DNA from: Laetmonice hystrix
Lineage: Eukaryota
Reading direction: 5' to 3'
DNA: 64,000 bases
Assembly (NCBI GenBank): GCA_965235115.1
Contig: OZ249436.1
Location: forward strand, 11,658,001-11,722,000
Shown here one piece after another: positions 36,701-48,700 of the stretch. A program made the translations under genes and the position numbers. The notes beneath the pieces are model-generated. The model saw only the letters and a list, made by a program, of their open reading frames with translations, was not told the origin of the DNA and searched no databases. Numbering within the stretch: the first letter of the stretch is position 1; each line of letters starts with the position of its first letter.

Positions 36701-39700
36701 TCTGGCGATTCCAGTTTTAGACAAGGACTCATTGAATGACATAATCAAGGAGAAGTTTGCCGCTCACCATCGCCAACTGACAGCTGAGCAAGAGGAGGCG
36801 ATCACGACGGCAGTGAAGGCTAAGAGCGTGCCAGTGTATGTACAGATGTTGATACAGGAGGCCCTTACCTGGCCCTCACAGATGATGCTGAACGGCGTCG
36901 GCCTGCCGGGATCGCTGGAGGACGCTGTCAACCAGCGATTTGACCAGCTCGAGGAGAAGTATGGCGAGGTGGTGGTCGGTTGTATCGGCAGGTACCTGTC
37001 GTCTGCCTACTCCGGCTTGACGGAGATGGAAATACTTGACCTCCTGTCCTGTAACAATGATGTCCTGCTCACCCTCTATCAGACAAACATACCTTTTCTT
37101 CTCCGCTTCCCTCATGCACTCTGGATGAAGATCCGAGCTGACCTAGGTGAAGTGACACACGACGTCTTGAACTTATTCTAAAGCACCTTGAGGGTGATTT
37201 TGAAGGGTAGGACTTAAAGCGACAGTCTCGTCCGTTAGACCATCCTCGCAGGCACCTAGTGGCCTATTTGATAACTACGACCATCCTATGCTGTAGCATA
37301 GGAATTGACGTCTATAAATAGCACATCGACCCTTAGGATGCCCCCCCCCCCCCATCGCACAATGCTGAAGGACGAGACTGTCGTTTTAAGACTTTGCTCT
37401 TGATTGGCCTGAATAATAAACTTCCGGTCATCAATCTTATTCGTTCATATCATAGATCTAAACGCTATAAGCTGTTGAACATATTCGATACTATAATGAA
37501 GAGCAGATGTACTGATTCACAAGGCAAGATCTATTATAATGTGTGCCTTGCTACACCTCAAGGAGGAAATGTATTCCAAATACCAATGCTAATGTGACAG
37601 TTTCATTTTTATAGGTATTTTCTTGGACGAATGCTACGTAGACTGCAAAATCGTCCTTAAATGGTCCCACAGCACTGTGGCAACCGCTGCCGCCTACAGG
37701 TACTTCGCCAACACTGAACAGATCAAGAAAAGTCACAGGGACATCGCCGAACTGTTTCTCGAGACGTGGGTGGGAAACAAGCCAATGGTGGTACCTAACC
37801 GTGATATACAGATAATAGACACGGGTTGTCGCTTTGTCATGCAGCAGCCATTGTTGTATAGCGAAACCCGTTACAACCACCGGAGGCTGACAGAACTCTG
37901 GTTTCAGCTGCTACATGCCGGTAAGAATAACCTTGTCACTGCATCCGGAAATTAGAGCTTCGTGATAATCAGTAATAACGCAAGCACATGGAATATGCCA
38001 CATAATTATCTAGCGGTCGCCAGATAATTATGTGGCAGCCGTCAGATAATTGCCGCCAGATAATTATGTTGCGGCCGCCAGATAATTATGTGGCGGCCGC
38101 AATATTAGTATTGTCGCGGAGCGCTATTAGCGACCATTATTCTCGTCAGCACTGGAGAAGATAACTAAAACTGAAGAGTTGCTTTAATAAAGATCATAGA
38201 AGAGGCATCTGCATGCAAAACTGACTGGACATTTCTGCTTTTTTTTATTCAGGTGAAATTGACAAGTTTAAAGAGCACAGTTTCTGCAACTTTGAGTACC
38301 TTCTGGCGAGAATGCACTCGACTTCTGCCCAGAACCTGATCGCGGACTTCAAGACAACGTGCTCCCAGGTTCTCGATGCTGAAGTCGAAATCCTATATCA
38401 GTGTCTCGTGTCAGGAGTCAGTATACTAAGTCACGACCCGTTACAACTTGCCAACGAACTCATCGGCCGTCTACGGCAAGTCAAAGGTAAGCCTAAGTAC
38501 AGCTACTCCCCCCCCCCGCCACCGGTCTTTCGTAGCGATTGGTTGTTTTTTTTTCTGTCAGCATGCTGTGTAGGGGGTTGGATTGAGGATTTTGTGGTTG
38601 TGACTGGGGTACACAGCTGGTGTATCTATAGAAGATCTTGGGCCTCGTGGATGAATGAGAGCGGTAGATCACCGAGTCCGATATGTACATTTACTTTAAT
38701 CACCCGAAAGGCTTTGAAGCTATTTAATTGAATGCCACACCATTCTCCTTAATGCACTGGAGATCGATTGACGACTTTGTCTCAGCGCCAGCTGTCGTTC
38801 AACCCTTGCAGTGCTGACTACAGACTGTCAATATAGTCGGGGCCGCCAGGTACATTTCGCTTTCCTGTAGCTCTACCTTCTGATGATGCGTGGTTTGGTT
38901 AGGGGCCTACCGGTAAGACCTATTCCCCACCCCGGCCACCGGAAAACAGGAAAGAGGTCCATTTATTTCTACATTCTTAACAAGGACCCATGGGCGGGGA
39001 ATGTGTTCACGACCTCTTCCATAACTATTGTCCATGGACGGGGAATGTGTTCACGCTTCTAAGGCCCCCCCCAAAAATATCCCGGTTTCTGGTCCGCGCG
39101 CGCATCACTTTAGATGCCGCGCATCAGTGCTTTTTTTTCTTGCCCTCACCTTGGATGACTGTGAATTGTGCTGCCAGCTAGCGGTAAGGCTTAAAACTAA
39201 CCATTGTTGTAATGGATATTTCATTAACCGACTGCAACGGAAGTGTGTTTGTATTCAAAGCGATGACAGCAAAGGTCATGGTCCTTATCTATGAGTTCAT
39301 TTTACATGATAATTTACCATCTTAGCCAGCTATCACAAAAAAAAAATCGTTAAAAAAACCGCGTCACCGCACCACTTTTGAAATTTTCTAGGGACCAGAA
39401 ACCGGGAATTTTTTTTGCCCTACCTCTTCCACTTAATAACCAGGAGCTCAGTGGCCCAGTTGCTCAGCTCATAACCACAGGGCCTCTCAACCCTCAGTTC
39501 CTCCTCGAGCCGGACGTAAGAAGGGGTGTTAGTTACCTGCCTTAAGGTGTAAGGTCGGTGGTTTCCCCGGAATTGTTCCCGTTTTTTCCATCAGTAAAAC
39601 TGGCCGCTTTAACAGGGCTGTAGCCTGCGGGGGGGGGGGGGGGGGAGCTGCCCCCTGGGATTTCCAGGTTATTTTTACCCACACCCCGGGCCAACTCAAC

Positions 39701-42700
39701 CGGCGCAATGACGCACTATCACGTGGCAGCCCCCCCCCTCCCCCCGCCCCGCGGATTTGGGCCAGGCTACACCCCTGCCGCCTTGCTATGACCCTGGCTG
39801 TTGCAGAGGTGTAGATCTACACCCCCAATCCAAATTTTAAAAACATAACTAGAGCCCATGGACGGGGGAACCGTAACTAGAGCCCATGGACGGGAGAACC
39901 GTAACTAGAGGGGCAGGGGAATGCGTTCATCAATCAAAGACCTTTCGAATGAACCGCGTAGCTCCGCGGCCGTGAGGGGTGATTACTTTTCGCATTGGCA
40001 CATGTCAATCCCCCGAAGCCGAAGCCTGATTAATTTGACGGCTGATTAAGATTACAGATAGGTACTGTAATAGGCCTATAGACGGGTAAGGTAGCTTGCA
40101 CAACCATACAGGCCATACAAACATACATACACAAACATGATGCCCAGACCTCGGGCGGCTCTCGCAAAACATTTGGGAGCCCCACTTCCTGTTGTCTGAC
40201 GTCACGACTCAACCGGGCCGATATCTGCCCGGTTTGTTTGGTATCTAGCACCTGCCTTTCCAATGAGGCAGGGAACCAGCCAGGCGGTCTGCGCGAGAGG
40301 TGATTCCCAACATTCCAAGCCACGTCGTGGAGCTACGGGGTTCGTTCGAAAAGTCTCTACTATCAACCCACCAATCACGTCAAAAGGCGAGAGCGTCGTC
40401 TTACCACGACCAGTGCTGCTACCTAGTGTTAAGAATGGCGACCCTGCACTGCGCTATCGATCACACCCAAAGCCAATGCTTCGGTGGATACGTGCGTTCC
40501 ATTGTTGGACTTTGCTTAAGATTCTAAACCCAAAGGACAAACATGAATAATTAATCAACCACCTTAAATAATCAAGGTACCTGTATTCGCCTGGCGAGTC
40601 TCCTCGGGTGGCAGGCTTGCCACAAGGGACATTGGCTGGTCAGCGGACATAGAGGGTTGTGGGTTGTAGCTCTCGGACACTGATCAATGTTCAGGGCGGT
40701 AACAGGATAGGGTACCGATAGATATCAGTATCAGTATCATTATAAGTAAATTATCGGGGGGAACCCCCATACATAACCGCATTGTTGAGACATTATTCAG
40801 ACGATCCTTTTAGGTCAGATTATTCGGTCACAGTACGGAGTAGGTCTATGTTAAAGCTAGATCTATATGGAATGGCTCTCACTTCAATGGGGTCTATGGG
40901 CAAAAGGGCCAAGTGAAAATAGTAACGTTCACCGCCAGGTAGTACTGTGTCGGAAAACCGAATTCTAATTCCAATTTCCACATACTACTTACACTCCGTT
41001 TTGGCATCGGAAAAATTTCAACATTCACAAGATTACAAAACAGTTCTAAGAGGGGAAGCCTCAATTCAACAACACAACTATAGTACTATAGTACTTTTGC
41101 TGCTATATACTACAACTAGTACTACAACAAATCAACAACTAATTCATTTACTAATTAATACTGCTGCTATCACCACCACCACCACCACCACGACTACACC
41201 ACTGCTGTGACGACAAGAATCCCCCATGGCCGGATCACTCCCACACCATAGCGTTGCGAAAAGGAAAGTCCTTCCACTGGACTATTCGGTCGCCTGCTGA
41301 CTTCTGCCAATTGGATTTGGCTAACCTCGCGAGAGAAAGTTGGAGTATTTATTACATCTGGTTGACACAACTAGGGTGTAGTAGGGGGCCTACATCTCAT
41401 TTCAGTTGTATGTAAACATGATTTACCGATTGTCAACCTCCAAAGCCCTTTTAATACAAACACTTCGGCACTGATACCCATGCTATCGAGTCACCATCTT
41501 CGATACGCGGTAGCATACTTCCACAACATCCAGGCTTAGCATTCCCTTCATCTTCACAGCTCCGTTTGTCGTGGTAGGCATGGCTGATTACATGTCAGAA
41601 GGACTCAGTGGCGTGTAGACAGTGATCAAAGCAAGGTTAGGCCTGTTGTGTGTCATCAAAGATACCAGGTGCCCTTAGTGCTGCGCGTTAACGTCTATGA
41701 TGGTGTCAGTTAGAGGCGCCAGCCATACGTGGAGGTGTTGCGGGCGGGGGTTGGCAGAGCGTCGGTCGAATACTTAGGTGACAAATGATGCATCTAGAGC
41801 TGATGGTTGAAGGGGCTCCGCCAATTAAAAGCCACAAAATCAACACCCTCTCATATTAAACAACATAGATTTACCTGCAATCTCGTTTTGCCATGGCCGG
41901 TTTGCCATGGCAGTGGTACACTCCGCGGACCGTGCTCGGGCGACTGAACTTTTAATTTTCTTACATTTGTTGCCATTATTTGATCGCCATATTTAAATAT
42001 CATGTTGCTATAAGGATGAAAGGTACGTTTCATATTTGGGGGGGGGGGGGGATTTAAGTTTTCTGTGCAAAATTTGGCTGAACCAAAATTTATTTACAAA
42101 CTTGGCATGCTACAAAATAATAGTTTATAATAACAAGAAGGCTGGAGTGTACACTCCGCCATTCTTATTAACAACTAGACACGTTGTGATGATACCACAA
42201 TGGATCCCATCCCCTGGGTGTCCCGTCTGCCATGGTAAAAGTAGGCCCCCCTACGGTTAATTACATGGCTTCTCATTCATGTTCAAGTGGTGTCAATTGA
42301 AAAAGTATGTATGATTTCCTATTCATGTTCAATAGTAGGCCTATAACCATGGCTACAGTACGACCCGTTTAGCAGTTACGGGGCTGTGAAAATCATTAGC
42401 AGCTGCCAGTAACGTCATAATGACGTCATATTACGTCAGTCTACATAATAAATCATGGTGTCAATTGAAAGAGCATGTATGACTTACTATTCGTGTTTAA
42501 TAGTGACTATGGCACTAACTTCAACTATTTACAAGTTATAGCCCTGGGGAAATATGGATGACATCGTTATGACGTCAATCCATTCGGCGTGGGGGGTCCA
42601 GCCAGTAGCTGTTATACGTTGTCCAAGAACTTGAGGTGGTCAGAAACAAAAGGTCTAATACAATGGCCGTCCTATACCATGGCTGTCATATAACATGGCT

Positions 42701-45700
42701 GCATGACTGTACCATGGCCTCATGGCCGTCCTATACCATGGCCTCCCTATATAATGGCACCATGGCCTCTCTATACAATGGATGGTGCGACCTTTGAAAT
42801 TAATTCTACAAAATAATTGCTGGATGTAGTCAGTTGTAACTGTACCATGGGATGTGACACAATGAGGTGTAGTTGCAGGAGGCATGGTCTCCACTGTTAC
42901 TGTTGTTCCACTGAGTGTGGACAGTGTAGAGGTGTCTGCACCAATGTAACAAGTGATCTGTGATCACTTGCTCAGGGCCCCTTTACACTCACGAAGATCG
43001 TTGGGTGACCATTGAGCGATCAAAAATTGGCCCAATTTCTCAGCGATCTCATAAAGCCTCGAAAAAGCCGTTTCTGTGTGAATGTTTGGAAGATCCTTGT
43101 GCACTCTTTGTGTGGTCAGAAATGCAATTTTTGCCAACTTTCATGGCGATCTATAGAGATCTTTGAGCGACTTTGGCGATCATTGAGCGCTCATTGAAAG
43201 ATCCTTGAGAGATCAATGGAAACCAAGCCTCCTGCAGCGACCATTGAGAGTTTGCTGAGAGCTCGTTGTGCGAAGAGAGATCACTGAGAGATTTACGGAG
43301 ATTGCTGAGAGATCAGGTGCGGCCAAGAGAGATTGCAGAGATCACTGAGAGACCAGGAGTGACCACTGAGAGACCAGGAGAGATAGCTAAGGGATCATTG
43401 AGAGTTCCTTCCAGGCGACTAAGCCTCAATGCAGGCTCATCAATCTCTCAAACGGAAATTGGTCGCTCAATGATCTCTCAGCGATCGCGATCTTCGCTAC
43501 GGTCTTTCAATGAACTCTATTGGTCTTTCATCGAACGCTCAGCAATCCCTCACTGATCTCTCAGTCATCTCTACCTTCGGAGTGGAAAAATGTAGCGGTC
43601 ATTAAAAGATCGCTGATCATTGGGAGATCGATAAGCGCTGCTTGAAGGTTCGTTGAGCGTTCGTTGAGAGATCGCTTCCCTTGGCGATCATTGAGCGATT
43701 GTTTTGGACTGTTCAAAACATTGAGGAGACCGTGGCGACTGTGGAGATCGCTGAAAGATCATTGAGAGATCTTGGTGATCGCTGGGTGCTCATTGAAAGA
43801 TCGCTGAGATAATCTGGCCATTTCTTCATCGCTCAACGATCTCTCAGCGATTGCCACCCATGTGTAAAGGGGGTATGTACGGGATATAAGAAATGTTGAT
43901 GTTTCAGTCGTTACAATGTAAGAATATAATTTAATTTGTCCCATGAGACTGAAGGAAATCTTGGGTGTGAAAGCTTTGTGCCATCTTCTGATATCGTTAT
44001 TCGAAGATCCCAGACAAGCTATCACTGACATGTATGTGACCACTACGATAATGAAGGTACTGGAACATTGCTCTATGCCCAAAGGGAGTCTATAGATGCC
44101 ATGCCATAACCACGAGACCTGGGAATTGTTTTTTCTTTAGGAAAGCTAGTAAAAAAACTGATATGGCCAAGAAACGTTACCCATTCTTATATTAATATTT
44201 TATATAGTCAGGGGTAGTTTTTATGTAGAAAAAGTAATATTGTCTTTAATTAATTGCGAATTGCGTCAATGCCATGGAAACTGTGAAAAATACAAGATTT
44301 CTTGTTTAAAATCTAGTTTATAATGTCAGACATAAAGGGGTGGTTAAGTTTTAGTTTTAGTTTGAGTACAAGTATATAGGACTAATTAGGGGCTGGACCC
44401 TATTAGGCGGGGTCACCCGTGACCCCGTGGCCCTCAGAGTCAAAAACACAATATTTCACCATAATATCTTCTACATTGGCAAGTCAGAGCTGTAGGTAAT
44501 TGGTTGCTAAGGAGATTTAATGTTTTCATCACTGTTACTAGGTAACAAGATGGCTTTACTATATCAAGATGCCCATTTAATTCCTTTTTGCCTTCTTATT
44601 ATATTTCAAATCGTTTCATTTAGCTTATATATAATTACATGACTGGTTGTTATGAAAACATAAAAAAGGCAAATTACCGCTTGTTCTCACGACTAACATG
44701 ACTCTAGTGAGCTGATTCCAGTGGGCTATGTGACTATGGTGGCAGTTGCTAGGAGGATCATGTGAATTACTCATCTGTTACTAGGCAACAGAATGTTTTG
44801 GATGCAAACCAAGGTTGTCATAACAATCTATGATAGTATTTTGTCTACTTGGGAAGCAGAAGAGTTCAGCAGAAGGCGTTAATATTGAAATAAAAATGCA
44901 GGTAATGGGATTATATCATTAGTTGCTAAGGAGCTGTAACATTTCAAAGCTGGTTGCTAGGCAACAAGATGGCGCTACCTAAAATTCAATATACATGTAC
45001 TCATTTTACTCCTTTATTGTAGTTTAATGTTATTTCAAGTAGTATAGCTTATGTATATTTAGGAAACCGGTTGCTAAGGAAATATGCAAAAATTAAGTGG
45101 TTGCTATGGATGCAAATTAGGCACTATTCGACCACTCAGATTCTTCTAGACTTTTGATATATTATTCTATGGAAAATTCTGATATTAATGGCGATAAAAT
45201 AATTTCTGTTGCAATTTGTGCTGGGTTGACCATTTTTTTATCATAGAATGACTGGACTGTCATGGCCGTAGTGACTTTTAAACCATGTATGCTATAACTA
45301 TACCGACAAAAAAAGCTTTCCAAAACATCAAATGAAATGACCTTGAACCAAGTTGGAGATGACCTTGACCTTTAATTCAAGGTCATGTCCCTCTTGCTTG
45401 GCGCAGAGCCTAAAACCTGTACCTTATCTGCCGAGTCAGGCACCAGGCCGATAATCTTGTAGGATTGGTCTCATTTGAAAAATATCCAGTATAGTCTGCA
45501 TGGTTGCCATGGTAACCATCCACAGAGAGACTATATATTTCTAGGGAAACATGTATATTTTCCATAAATATATTACACTGCCTTATAAAACCTTTTGTGT
45601 TTACCCAAATTCATCATGCACATCTTTCGTTGCCAGGGGATTTGCCATAGTTACCCATGCTTGATGGCCAAACCTGATGTCATGGCGACTGGCAGGCTCC

Positions 45701-48700
45701 GTCACCTTCTGAATGTTATCAAACTTATAGAATTGGGCCTCAAATTTTTTAATGAGATGAAACGTTCTCATGTTATAACTAAATTTTAGCCTTTTTAAAC
45801 GGATGTTTTGGTTCAAATGACCTTGACCTTGGGGTCAAAGGTCAACAAATTATATTTTTTCTGGAAAGCCCCTTCGGACGTCTAATAATATACCAATTTG
45901 GAGATTCATAGCTTTATTAAGTTTAGAGTGAGGGGGAAATATGTTTATTTTTTAGGAACCCCTATTTTTGTGTGACCTTTGACCTTTGACCCCTGCGTTC
46001 GTGACCTTAACACAAGAATAGAGCTTGACCACCACCCTAGCAGAACGCAGGATATTGCATAGAATAATTTTGACATGGTGGTTGCTTTTGCTCTCTCCGG
46101 TAGAACGAAATTGATATTTAGGCCACTTTTCCAGGTTCAGCCTCCCTACTAATAGGCCTATTGCCGGGTCTCTGCCATTTTCGACACTGCCCACTACTAC
46201 CGGGACTAAGCCAACTCTGTGGCAGTCTTAACTTTCCAGTCTAAATTTGGGTCTTAGGCCGAGGGATTTGCCACGAAGAAACGTTTCTGCACGGACACGG
46301 ATCAGTGCGTGGCTCGTGCCGGGTCCTAACTGTGACTAAGAAACCGGCCCCTGGTTATTCTCCAGACGGATATTAAACGGGGACGACATTTGTCGCATGT
46401 TGTTGTCAGGTCCTAGTCATGATAGGACCTGATTGATTTCTTGGTTAGACCTATAATGTGTACAATGATGAGAACTTGGCGTTATCTCATTATGACATGT
46501 CATGATTCAATGACCTGTCACGCTATCATTCTATCAACCTCCGGGTGTGTAATCAGTGTCTTTGACCTCAGTAAACTACCAGTTATAACGTGTCACAGCA
46601 AAGGCCAATCCGGATCGCTGGTTTCTGAAACTACTAAACTTTGATTCTGGTCGCCTTTCAGACTGAAGAAAAAATAATATTTTGTGTTTAATTGTCACAG
46701 ATGGGTCAAATCCCTAGCTCTGGTCTTTAGTTATTATATGAAACTATACTTTGATTCTAGTCGCCTTTCAGACCGAAGAAAAATGTAGACTTTTTAAAAT
46801 TTAATTTCGTCAACAACGGCCCTTAGTGGCATTTTCCTCAGTGCTTAGCCAACTATAGGCCTAGTAATGTCCGCACCATGCAGCCATCAACACCTGTAGG
46901 TCAGAATCGGTTGAACGAACGCCTCAGGTGCAGTGATCTGATATGACCCAACTCGTTTTACATTAACATGACATGCAGGCAAGTGCACATCAGCGTCAAT
47001 ACGCGTTCTATGGAGGTTGGAGGGGGAGGGGGTAGGAAGGATGTGCCTGGTGTGATGACAACAGGTATAGGGTAGGAGTACAGGTTGTCGTAAGGTCGTT
47101 GGTGACATATACCACTTACCCGTTCAAAGTGCTCAGATCGCTCTACACTCTCTGACACATGCTTACATGTATAACCCGCCAACATGATAGAAAACGTCAT
47201 GTAATCCTGTGGACTCTTGGCCGCTGCCCATGTGGACGGAGCTACACTTGGTAAGCTCGGGACAAGTTTGAGGTCGCGTGATCGCGTATCTACAGCCTGT
47301 GAATGGAGCGGTTGATGCCAGGTGTGGGGGATGAACGCCGTGACAGGTGTAACGAACTGCCTCGGTTTTCGTTACTCTCCGGGAGCCATTAAACGGAGGC
47401 GAACCAACGCCCACCTGAACCTGGGCAACGGTACAAGATACGACACCACACCCACATAGCGGTCCAAGAGGTATCATAACCGATTGAGATATCAATCTTG
47501 AGTCAGTTCTCATCGCTTCGCGCAAGGACTCGCCACTGATCAAATTGATTGCTAACCTGTCTACGTTGGGCTGGTTCTCCTGCTCGAAATGAACGATATA
47601 TCATTCTGAAACGATCAGGATTATGTAATGAAGACTACGTTGGCGGTATGTAGCTTTCAGCATGGTGGATGGGGTGGTTCAATGCGGCAAGGATGTGGAG
47701 TGGTGGTCCCGCAAGTATATATCACTCCGGTGTTGTTGGGGGTGTAGAACCCGCCAGTGGAGCTCACTCCCAGAGTGGTGGTGGTGTAGAACCCGCCAGT
47801 GGAGCTCACTCCCAGAGTGGTGGTGGTGTAGAACCCGCCAGTGGAGCTCACTCCCAGAGTGGTGGTGGTGTAGAACCCGCCAGTGGAGCTCTCTCCCAGA
47901 GTGGTGGTGGTGTAGGTCCCGTCAGTAGATATCACTCCCGGAGTGGCAGTGGTGTAGAACCCGCCAGTGGAGATCACCATGCCTTGGTATACACTACGTA
48001 CATTTGACCTCTTTGATCAGGCGAAAAAAGGGGCAACAAAATCTTTAAAAAGTGATGATTCTAAGCAGAAAGTAAGAAGTAAACAATGCAGATTAAGGAA
48101 AACAGACAGTATGAAAGATGGTGAAAAGGATGGAGTTATTAAGGCCTTACAAAATGAGGTCATCATCAGAGACGCAACCGATTCTTTGAAAGCTGAAAAA
48201 AATAACAAGACCTTTATCACAACTGAAACAAGCCCAAGTGAAAGTCTGAAAAACAATCAGACAGATAAGTTGTTATTTGAGGATGGCAAGGAGGTTAAGA
48301 ATCATACTGAACCAGAAGTAATACTCACAGACAATATGAAGCTTCCGCCTGGGAAAAAGACTATTGGTAGCAAAGGAAAGCCTTGGAAGAATCCATATTC
48401 TAGAAGGACAGGGGACTATTTGATATCATGTCTAAAACGGCATGAGGCGAGCAGACGTCGAAGCCGCACAGGCAGGCTGCTACCACGTACCGACATAACG
48501 CAAGTTGGAAATCTAATCAGAATTTCCACAACGGAATTAGTCCCAGAGGAGAATTTTAAGGACATGGAAAGAGAGTTAGATTCAAAGGGTAAGTCGTATG
48601 AACGTAAAATTTGTAGTCACTATACATCTTTCTGGAGGTGAAAATCAGTAGGTAGGTAATTAAGTAAGTAAGTATGTAAGTAAGTAAGTAAATACTAAGC

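Noticed and set aside
47661..48020. Cassette route from exon 38486 through 47661-47986 and a 34-nt intron into 48021
   Set aside because: Phases fit, but a 34-nt intron is implausibly short and the peptide is simply the translated VNTR.
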